DNA of 64,000 nucleotides from contig CAVYRF010000001.1 in NCBI GenBank assembly GCA_963770895.1, forward strand, positions 1,504,001-1,568,000, written 5' to 3'. The stretch comes from an uncultured Acidobacteriota bacterium. Lineage in GTDB: Bacteria > Acidobacteriota > Thermoanaerobaculia > Multivoradales > UBA5704. The position numbers were made by a program, and so were the translations under genes. The notes beneath the pieces are model-generated. The model was not told the origin of the DNA, did no database searches, and saw nothing but the letters and a program-made list of their open reading frames with translations. Positions 1 to 7,699 of the stretch are shown here, one piece after another (positions within the stretch are counted from its first letter, which is position 1; each line of letters begins with the position of its first letter).

Positions 1-294
1 CTCGACGAAAGCCTGCGCGAACTCCATAGCAAGCCCTTGGTGGACCTTGACCTCAGTGCCAATAACGCCCGCAGCCCGGGCCGTGCCGCTCGCTGCACCC
101 CCGCGATCTATAGGCATGGCCGCCTCACGCTCGGACTGGAACGCGGCGACGTGATCGTGATCGCCATGCGGAGCGGCGCCAAGGTCACCGAGGGAGTCCT
201 GAGGGTCTCGCCGCCCCTGTGGCGGCGAGCGGTGATCTCGAAGCCATGCCTCTATAAGCTTGTGCCTCTCCGAAACTCATGGAACACTCAGCTT

Positions 295-1944
295 ATGGTG
301 GACAGATCCCTCCGCAGGCAGTCAGTATCCTTGGCCGTGGCTTGGGCCATGGCACTCCTTGCCGTGGGTCTCCCACCAACCACGACGGCTCATGCCGCCA
401 CATTTGCGATGCAGGAGAGCCCGGCAGCTGTGCCGCAGGCCCCCTTGGCAACGCCACCGCCAGGCCTACCCGGTGTGATGCATTGGTGTGCGAAGCATTG
501 TATGACGCTCGTATGGCAGAACGACCACTATACCAGCGCCAGTGCACCGGGCAGCAATGAATGGATACTTGACAGTTTCACCCGAGAATCGTTCGTCATG
601 CGTCGCACGGACTATCAGGTCAAGGGAGGAGAAACAGTTGTGGGAGGCAAGGCGGTCCTTTCAGGAAGGATCTCCGAGCAGGGCGACACGGTTGCGGACG
701 GCAAGATCACGTGGATGTATCATCCCTGTTGCGGCACCGGCACCGCTACCTTCACCGCAGCGTGGGGAGCAGCCCTAGACACCGTTCCAGGAAGCGACGA
801 GGAACGTGACCGCCAGCAGGCAGCATCGACCTTCCAGCCGATGCCGCAAACTCAGAGTCAGGTAACCGTTGCTGTCGTCCTCGATCAGGACTGGACGGAC
901 ACTGGCGTCTACCTCCGGCAGAGTCAATCCGTGAAGGTCACCGCCCGAGGCACGATGAACTGGTACACCGGTGCCTGCGATGGCAAGTGCCTCTCGACTC
1001 CCGCCGGCATTCCCTGCCCAGGTGGTGGACCGATGCGACTTGGCCTCCCCTGCCTGTCGCTCTTGGGCCGCATTGGCAAAGGCGGCAGGCCCTTCGAGGT
1101 AGGCGGATCTGTAGCCTTTACGGCCAACACCTCGGGGGAATTCTTCCTTGGTGTCAATGACGAGTACCTGCCAGACAACACCGGAGCCTGGACCGCAACG
1201 ATAAGCTCCCCGTCCATTTTCGCGCAGGTCAAGGCTCGACAACAAACCACACTCTCTGTCGTCCTGGACCACCCCTGGACCGACACCGGTGTGTATCTCG
1301 CTCAGGGGCAGCCGGTTACGATCACCGCTCGGGGCACCATGAACTGGTATACCGGCTCCTGCGATGGGAAGTGCCTCTCGACCCCGGCGGGCATTCCGTG
1401 TCCTGGCGGGGGCCCTAAGCGCCTCGGCCTGACCTGCTTGTCGCTCATTGGCCTGATCGGAGTGTCCGGAAGGCCTTTCTATGTCGGCGACTCCCTGACC
1501 TTTAGCGCGCCTGCTGCCGGCGAGCTCTTCCTCGGCGTCAATGACGACAACGTGGCTGACAACACGGGTGAATGGACAGCCACGATCAGCTCGCCGATCG
1601 CCTTTGTTCAATGGGCGCAGGCCGGCATCGAGTGGGATCGCAAAGGGACTTCACCGTCTGTATCTGGACAGAACCTGCTATCGGCGTTCCTAAAGTGTGC
1701 GTTGATGTCTCTCGGGGAGGCGGCATGCAAGAAGCAGATGGAGCAGCGCCTTGGACCCTCCATGGGTGGGCTGTCATGCGCCACATTGCTCCAGACGATT
1801 GTCGATGGGCGAATCGATCCGACTTGGCTTATTATCGGTGCGATGGCAGACAGTGCATCAGATTCAAAGAGTGAGTTTTGGCAGACCGCCGGAGGAGCAG
1901 CTAAGTTTGTATTATTTTCGAAGTGCATGGCCGACAATCAATAG
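295..1944 (+). CDS. Secreted protein with two tandem LecA/PA-IL-like beta-sandwich domains
   Basis: Signal-peptide-like stretch (LAVAWAMALLAVGLP..AHA) follows ATG 295. Two near-identical repeats read 'WTDTGVYL..G/S..V.ITARG..MNWY..C.GKC..GI.CPGGGP..C.SL.G..G..F.VG....GE.FLGVND....DNTG.W'. The ORF-track start at 37 is probably too far upstream. Confidence 0.6.
   Translation: MVDRSLRRQSVSLAVAWAMALLAVGLPPTTTAHAATFAMQESPAAVPQAPLATPPPGLPGVMHWCAKHCMTLVWQNDHYTSASAPGSNEWILDSFTRESFVMRRTDYQVKGGETVVGGKAVLSGRISEQGDTVADGKITWMYHPCCGTGTATFTAAWGAALDTVPGSDEERDRQQAASTFQPMPQTQSQVTVAVVLDQDWTDTGVYLRQSQSVKVTARGTMNWYTGACDGKCLSTPAGIPCPGGGPMRLGLPCLSLLGRIGKGGRPFEVGGSVAFTANTSGEFFLGVNDEYLPDNTGAWTATISSPSIFAQVKARQQTTLSVVLDHPWTDTGVYLAQGQPVTITARGTMNWYTGSCDGKCLSTPAGIPCPGGGPKRLGLTCLSLIGLIGVSGRPFYVGDSLTFSAPAAGELFLGVNDDNVADNTGEWTATISSPIAFVQWAQAGIEWDRKGTSPSVSGQNLLSAFLKCALMSLGEAACKKQMEQRLGPSMGGLSCATLLQTIVDGRIDPTWLIIGAMADSASDSKSEFWQTAGGAAKFVLFSKCMADNQ
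877..1590 (+). repeat. Internal tandem domain duplication (about 877-1210 vs 1258-1590)
   Basis: Repeated DNA and protein, e.g. atgaactggtacaccgg / atgaactggtataccgg and aagtgcctctcgac twice. Confidence 0.85.
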
Positions 1945-2066
1945 CAGATCAATGGCACTATTTTGCAGCGGGGCGATTGCGGCTAACCGTCCAGAAGCCA
2001 GCTAAGCGCGCGGTGCTTGCCTTGCTCCTGGCCGGACACTCTTGCCTGCTTTACGAAAGGAAACGG

Positions 2067-2426
2067 ATGACAGATCTCGCTGCGGCAGAGACTGAGGCAA
2101 GGCGGAACGTGAACATCTGGACGACGGCTGGTGCGGTGGTCGGATGGCTACCTCTCAGCGTATTTCTCCTGGTGCCGGCAGACTACCTGATGATTCGCGC
2201 GGTCGCGCAGAAGTTCGGCACGCAAGACTTCGAAGCTCAGGCCATCATCGGGATGCTTGTGGCGTCTCTCGTCGGCAAGAGCGTCGCCGAGGTCCTGGCA
2301 TTCGGGCTCTCATGGACCTGCATCGCATGGGCTATCAAGCCCTTGGTCGCCGCGGTGGTCACGAAGATCGTTGGCGAGGTAGCGATAGCTCATTTCCGCA
2401 AATTATGCTCACAACGTCTCGTCTGA
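2067..2426 (+). CDS. Small membrane protein, DUF697-like
   Basis: RBS GAAAGGA before ATG 2067. 'AGAVVGWLP...LVPADYLMIRAVAQKFG' and hydrophobic helices resemble DUF697 proteins. Confidence 0.5.
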   Translation: MTDLAAAETEARRNVNIWTTAGAVVGWLPLSVFLLVPADYLMIRAVAQKFGTQDFEAQAIIGMLVASLVGKSVAEVLAFGLSWTCIAWAIKPLVAAVVTKIVGEVAIAHFRKLCSQRLV

Positions 2427-2536
2427 ACCGGCGGTATGGTCACTTGCTTGAGGCAAGCTGAAGGCAAAAGTTGGCGCCGTTGAGCGTCCGCCATCGCTTC
2501 TGGGCCGACAGCGCCGGGCTACTGGATCTGGGCTGG

Positions 2537-2591
2537 GGGTGGGTCACTTTCCGAACGTTGGGTGGGTCAATTTCCGAATGGCGCGTCCAAC
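2537..2591. mobile_element. Orphan IS21-family-like terminal end
   Basis: Tandem 19-bp repeats GGGTGGGTCACTTTCCGAA (2537-2555) and GGGTGGGTCAATTTCCGAA (2560-2578), followed by GGCGCGTCCAAC. This is the layout of IS21 ends; no istA/istB nearby. Confidence 0.55.
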
Positions 2592-2815
2592 GACGAGCAC
2601 ACCGACAGTTCGGATGCCCGCCGGGAACACTCTCAGATATCGGGCAGGCGGGAGCGGCGAGGTCGAGGGTGGGGGAATGGGGGGGAGGGAGGGCAGAGCG
2701 GTTGGCGGCGGAAGCCCGGCGCTCGACCCCCTACCTGCCTGGGTGGGTGGGGGAAGGCTTGCAGACCACGGTAGCTGTTGCGTGAGACAGCCGGCAAGCG
2801 TACCCTCCGCTGGAC

Positions 2816-2875
2816 TCGTTACAGTCGTTACAAATCAATACGGAAGCCGATTTGCCAGGAACGCTGGCACGTTAC
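2816..2875. repeat. CGTTACA iteron-like repeats upstream of the DUF3631 gene
   Basis: TCGTTACA at 2816-2823 and 2825-2832, CGTTAC at 2870-2875. Confidence 0.55.
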
Positions 2876-2979
2876 GTTGCGGGTCGTGAAAGGGCTCATG
2901 CTGGTAAGGAGAAGCACACGGAGGTGCTGGAGCGACGGTTAGATGGCCGTAGATCTCTTGCCGCAGGACGAGAGTCCGA

Positions 2980-4291
2980 TTGCAGACAGATGAATCAAAG
3001 GTAGATCCGTGTCTGCTCGCTGGCGCGAGCTGCGCCTCCCACGGCCGTTCAACCGGGATTGTGCCCGAGCCCTGGCCCGCGCCTGTGGAGGGTGCCGTCC
3101 TGCTGGGCAACATTGCGGCCACGTTCCAGCGTTTCGTGGCGCTGCCACGGTTCGCCGAGGTGGCTGCCGCACTATGGACAGTCCACGCTCACGCGATCGA
3201 GGCTGCCGGGGCTTCGCCGCTACTGGCCCTTACGTCGCCAGAGAAGCGGTGCGGCAAGACGACGACGCTGGCGCTGCTCGCCCGCCTGGTGCCGCGAGCT
3301 CTGCTCAGCTCGAACATCACGGCGGCGTCGCTCTTCCGGGTGGTGGAGAAGTACTCGCCGACGCTGCTGGTCGACGAGGCGGACACCTTCCTGCGGGAGA
3401 AGGAGGAGCTGCGCGGCATCCTCAATTGCGGCCACACGCGGGATGCCGCATACGTGGTGCGCACGGTCGGGGACGAGCACGAGCCGCGCCGGTTCTCGAC
3501 CTGGGCTCCCAAGGCCGTGGCGATGATCGGACGGCTCCCCGACACGCTGGCAGGCCGGAGCATCGTGGTGCCGATGCGCCGCCGCGCTCCGGGCGAGCAG
3601 GTGGAGCGGCTGCGGCTCGACCGGCCGGGTGACTTCGAGGCGCTGCGGCGGCGAGCAGCGCGCTGGGCCGCCGATCACCTGGCCGAGCTGCGCGCGGCGG
3701 ACCCCGAGGTGCCGGCGGAGCTCGGGGACCGGGCCGCCGACAACTGGCGGCCGCTGCTGGCGATCGCCGACCTGGCCGGCGGCGAGTGGCCGCAGCGGGC
3801 ACGGCGGGCGGCCGTCGCGCTGGCGAACTGCACCGCCGAAGAGCGGGACAGCGTGCGCGAGGAGCTGCTCGCCGACATCCGGGAGGCGTTCCGCGGGTGC
3901 AGCGGGGACCGGATTTTCACTGAGGAGCTGCTGGCCGAGCTGCGCACGCGGGAGGAGCGGCCCTGGGGGGAGTGGCGGCATGGCCAGGCCATGTTGGCCG
4001 TGCAGCTGGCCCGGCAGCTCAAGCCGTTCGGCGTCCGGCCCCGGCTGTATCGCGACGGCGCGAAGTGCGCGCGGGGATACTCGGCCGACGACTTCGCGGA
4101 TGCGTTCGCCCGCTACCTCCCCGCGGAGTCGCCGCCGGCGTTACAGGTCAATGCCGATCAGGGCTTGGCTGCATCTTCTGAGCGTTACGTCACGGCTGCC
4201 GCAACAGGTCGAGCGAGCGGCGCAAGCGCAAGCAGGCGTTGTAACGGATGTAACGAGCCCAGCCCCCGAGGCTCGCTGGGAGAAGGTGTAA
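2980..4291 (+). pseudogene. DUF3631-family replication protein of a phage satellite/integrative element, probable 3' frameshift
   Basis: 'PEPWPAPV', 'SPEKRCGKTT' (P-loop), 'TLLVDEAD', 'LGDRAADNWRPLLAIAD', 'DAFARYL'. The main frame runs on into nonsense, while another frame ends '..VTDVT..WEKV*' at 4291, just before the next RBS/ATG. Confidence 0.75.
4139..4255. repeat. Convergent CGTTACA/TGTAACG repeat array (putative origin)
   Basis: CGTTACA 4139-4145, CGTTAC 4183-4188, TGTAACG 4240-4246 and 4249-4255. Confidence 0.55.
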
Positions 4292-4295
4292 GCGG

Positions 4296-4760
4296 ATGGA
4301 TGCGGGAGAGCTGCTGGCGGAGCTGGCGGCGCGCGGGGTGGAGGTCCGCGCGGCTGGCGAGGATCTGGAGATCCGGCCGGCCGGGGCGGTGCCCGCAGGG
4401 TTGCTGGCGGAGCTGCGGGCGCACAAGCCGGAGGTGCTGCGACGGCTGGCGCGGCCGGTGGTGGGCGACGCTCTGGGGGGAGTGTCGGCGTGCAGCGCGG
4501 GGCTCCTCGCCGGCGATCCGTGCGCGATGCGGCTCGCGGACTTTCCTCGTGCGGGCCTGGTCGTTGAGGTGTGGAGCGACGTGCTCGGCGAGGCGGTGGT
4601 GTTCGCAAGCGACGACGCGTGCATCGACCCGGGCGAGCCGCGGCCGGTGTACCGGGCGTGCGAGCTGCTGGTGCTGCTCGGGCTCAGGGACGCTTGGGAG
4701 CTGCGGCGGATCCACGAGGTCAAGAGGACGTTTCGCGGCACAATCCGCCTCCACCCGGCC
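4296..4760 (+). pseudogene. Mobile-element protein with TubC-N-like N-terminal domain; natural stop lost
   Basis: 'MDAGELLAELAARGVEVRAAGEDLEIRPAGAVPAGLLAELRAHKPEVLRRL' resembles TubC_N. After 'IHEVKRTFRGTI' the ORF reads through into the opposite-strand NRPS. End coordinate is approximate. Confidence 0.5.
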
Positions 4761-4933
4761 GGGCGTCCGGCGGCGCTCTCGCCGCCGGCGGGGAGAGCGT
4801 ATCGACCGACTCACCCGCCCGCCTCCTCCCGACGATGCTCTCTGCGTGACCGCCGCCGGGCTGGTGCCGCTTCGTTGGTATCCGGCTGCCGGGCGATCGA
4901 TGGGGGAGAAGCAATGGCGTTGCGCGGCTCCTG

Positions 4934-7636
4934 TCAAGCCGCCGGCGTGGCGCCGGCCGCGGCTTCGGCGCCCGCCGGTGGTTGTTGGGCGCGCAGCGCA
5001 TCGACGCGTGCCGCGATGGCGGCCACCGTCGGCCGGGCGAAGAACTCGACCGCTGGGAAGCGAAGGTCGAACATCGCGCCGATGTTGGCGATCATCTGGG
5101 TCGCCATCAGCGAATGGCCGCCGAGGCGGAAGAAGTTGTCGTTGCGGCCCACTTCCTCGATTTTCAGGACCTCGGCGAACAGTCGGGCCACGGTGGCTTC
5201 GGTGGCGCTGAGCGGCGCCGCGGCCGCCGTGCCGGAGCCGCCGCCGCGCGCCGCCGCGGCTGGCGGGGCCGGCAGCGCGCCGCGGTCGATCTTGCCGTTC
5301 GGGTTGAGCGGCATTTCGTTCAGCCGCATGAACAGGTTGGGCACCATGTAGGGGGGCAGTTTCTGCTCCAGCAGTGCGCGCAGACGGTCTTCGAAGGTGT
5401 GCCGGTCTCCGGCTGCCGCCGTGGCTCCCTCCGGCGCGGTTGCCGCCGGGACGTAATAGGCGGTCAGCCGCATCTCGCCCGGCGCGGTCTCCGCCGCCAC
5501 CGCCACCGCCTCCTTCACGCCGGGGTCGGCGCGCAGAAGGGTTTCGATCTCGCCCAGTTCGATGCGCTGGCCGCGGATCTTCACCTGATGGTCGATGCGG
5601 CCGAGGAATTCCAGGTTGCCGTCCGGCAGGTAGCGAGCAAGGTCGCCGGTACGATACAGGCGTGCTCCCGGAGTGGCGGCAAAGGGGTCATCGACGAACT
5701 TTCGGGCAGTGAGGGCAGCGTCGTTGGCATAGCCCTGGCCGACGCCGTCGCCGGCCAGACAGATCTCGCCAGCGACGCCGATCGGCACCAGGTGCAGCCG
5801 CTCGTCCAGCACGTAGACCTTGCTGTTGTGAATCGGCCTGCCGATCGGCACCGAGGTACGGCTGTAGCGATCGAAGTCGATCAGCCGGTAGGCCGACGAC
5901 ACGTCGCTGCATTCGGCGGCGCCGTAGACGTTGACGATCTCGGCCGCGCGGCCTGGCGACGCCACCCAGCCCAGCAGGCGCGAGGCCGAGATCGCCTCGC
6001 CGCCCAGGAACAGACAGCGCAGCGATCGCAGGCTGGCGTGGCTGCCCGCCTCGGGCCCTTCGAGCAGCGGGTAGAAGGTGCTGGGGGCGCAGTTGAGCAG
6101 CGTGATCTCGGAGTTGCGCAGGGTGCGCAGCAGCAGCTCGGGGTCATACCCGTCCGGCACCAGGTGCAGCTCGCCCCCACGCGTCAGGGGCATGGCCATG
6201 CTGCGCTGGGTGAGGTCGAAGCTGATCGAGCTCATCAAGAGGTTCTTGTCGGCGGCCGAGATGGCGAAGTCGTGGCCGAACCACGACAGAAGGTTGGTCC
6301 AGCCGCGATGGTGGACCGCCGCGGCCTTGGGGCGGCCGGTCGAACCGGAGGTAAAGATGATGTAGCACAGATCTCCGGGCCCGCTGCGCCGCTCGGGTAG
6401 GTCGCCGGGACGCGCCGCCAGCGCGGCGGCGTCGCGGTCCACCAGGACCACGCGCGGTTTCCGGGCCGGCAGGCGATCGAGCAGCCGTTCGCTGGTGACC
6501 AGCGCCTTCAGCCTGACGCCCTCGAACATCACCGCCATGCGGTCGCTGGGATAGCTGGGATCGAAGGGCACGTAGGCGCCTCCCGCCTTGAGCACGGCCA
6601 GCACGGCCACCACCAGCGCGGGCGAGCGATTGAGGCAGATCCCGACCGGCGTGTTGGCGCCGGCGCCCAGGCTTTGCAGGTGATGGGCGAGCTGATTGGC
6701 GCGCCGGTCCAGCTCGCCGTAGCTGATCCGCAGCGGACCGTCCACCAGCGCAATGCGGTCGGGCGCCGCCGCCGCCTGCGCCGCGAACAGCTGATCCACA
6801 CAGACATCGCGCGGGTAGTTGTGCGCCGTGTCGTTCCAGTCGAAGAGCAGGCGCCGGCGCTCGCCTTCGTCGAGCATGCCGAGGTCGGCGAGAGCGGCGT
6901 TGGGGTCGCGCAGGCCGGCGTCGAGCAGCTGTGCCAGGTGGCACAACAAGCGTTCGACGGTGGCGGCCGCGAAGAGCAGCGGGCTGAAGGCGGCCCTGCC
7001 GCGCAGCCCATCGGGCACGCGCTCGAAGGTGATGGTCAGGTCGTTGCCGGTCGCCGGCAGCTCGCCGTGCAGGCCGCCGTGCACCAGCGCCACATCGAAC
7101 AGCGGGCAGCGGTCTGCCCCCGGTGGCAGGCCCAGGTCGCTCAGCAGCTGGGCGAACGGCACCTGCCGGTGGTCGTGCGCTTCGAGGAGAGCCTGGCGTA
7201 CGCGCAGGAGGGTCTGGCGGAAGCTCGCCTGCTCGTCGATCTCGCTGACCAGGACCAGGACGCTGTCCGCCGTGTCGTCCGCCGGGTTGCCGGTAGTGCG
7301 CACCGCCGCACAGCCGATGGCGATGGGCGACGCCTGGGTGTAGCGGTGCAGGCAGACGGCGAGCGTTGCCGCCAGCGCCACATGCTCGAGGAATGGCTCG
7401 CCGCCGGTCAGCTGGGAGAGACGGTCGAACAGCTGACCGCCCAGGACGATCTCCACGGAGGCGTTGTGGTCGAGCCGCCCGGCGGGGCGGCGATGGTCGG
7501 CGGGAGGACCCGCCGGACGCGGTCGAACCGCCAGCTTGTCGCGCCAGTAGCGGCGGCTTGCGGCGGCCGGGTCCTCGTCCGCGGCAACCGGCGGGGCGGC
7601 GCCGGCGGCCGCGGCGGTTTCGCTCACAGTGCTCAT
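4934..7636 (-). CDS. Stand-alone NRPS: half-C (interface-like) domain - A - T
   Basis: Starts at 'RYWRDKL' (C-terminal lobe only, no HHxxxDG). A motifs YIIFTSGSTGRPK, RTGDL and NGKID; T motif GGHSL. Hand-read code DLRNFGVDVK. RBS GGAGGG. Confidence 0.9.
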   Translation of the reverse strand: MSTVSETAAAAGAAPPVAADEDPAAASRRYWRDKLAVRPRPAGPPADHRRPAGRLDHNASVEIVLGGQLFDRLSQLTGGEPFLEHVALAATLAVCLHRYTQASPIAIGCAAVRTTGNPADDTADSVLVLVSEIDEQASFRQTLLRVRQALLEAHDHRQVPFAQLLSDLGLPPGADRCPLFDVALVHGGLHGELPATGNDLTITFERVPDGLRGRAAFSPLLFAAATVERLLCHLAQLLDAGLRDPNAALADLGMLDEGERRRLLFDWNDTAHNYPRDVCVDQLFAAQAAAAPDRIALVDGPLRISYGELDRRANQLAHHLQSLGAGANTPVGICLNRSPALVVAVLAVLKAGGAYVPFDPSYPSDRMAVMFEGVRLKALVTSERLLDRLPARKPRVVLVDRDAAALAARPGDLPERRSGPGDLCYIIFTSGSTGRPKAAAVHHRGWTNLLSWFGHDFAISAADKNLLMSSISFDLTQRSMAMPLTRGGELHLVPDGYDPELLLRTLRNSEITLLNCAPSTFYPLLEGPEAGSHASLRSLRCLFLGGEAISASRLLGWVASPGRAAEIVNVYGAAECSDVSSAYRLIDFDRYSRTSVPIGRPIHNSKVYVLDERLHLVPIGVAGEICLAGDGVGQGYANDAALTARKFVDDPFAATPGARLYRTGDLARYLPDGNLEFLGRIDHQVKIRGQRIELGEIETLLRADPGVKEAVAVAAETAPGEMRLTAYYVPAATAPEGATAAAGDRHTFEDRLRALLEQKLPPYMVPNLFMRLNEMPLNPNGKIDRGALPAPPAAAARGGGSGTAAAAPLSATEATVARLFAEVLKIEEVGRNDNFFRLGGHSLMATQMIANIGAMFDLRFPAVEFFARPTVAAIAARVDALRAQQPPAGAEAAAGATPAA

Positions 7637-7699
7637 TTCGCTCGCCCTCCAGGTCGCTCAGGTCGCTCAGGTCGCCGCGAAGCGCCGTGGTGTCCGCCC

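Noticed and set aside
1953-1966. Sigma-54 promoter TGGCAC...TTGC
   Set aside because: The GG-GC spacer is 9 bp rather than 10.
2865-2880. Sigma-54 promoter TGGCAC...TTGC
   Set aside because: The GG-GC spacer is 11 bp rather than 10.
4292-5211. C-terminal part of the 743-aa ORF
   Set aside because: Arg-rich read-through after a frameshift, overlapping other genes.
7650-7676. Three copies of CAGGTCGCT upstream of an RBS
   Set aside because: Short slippage repeat with no evidence of function.
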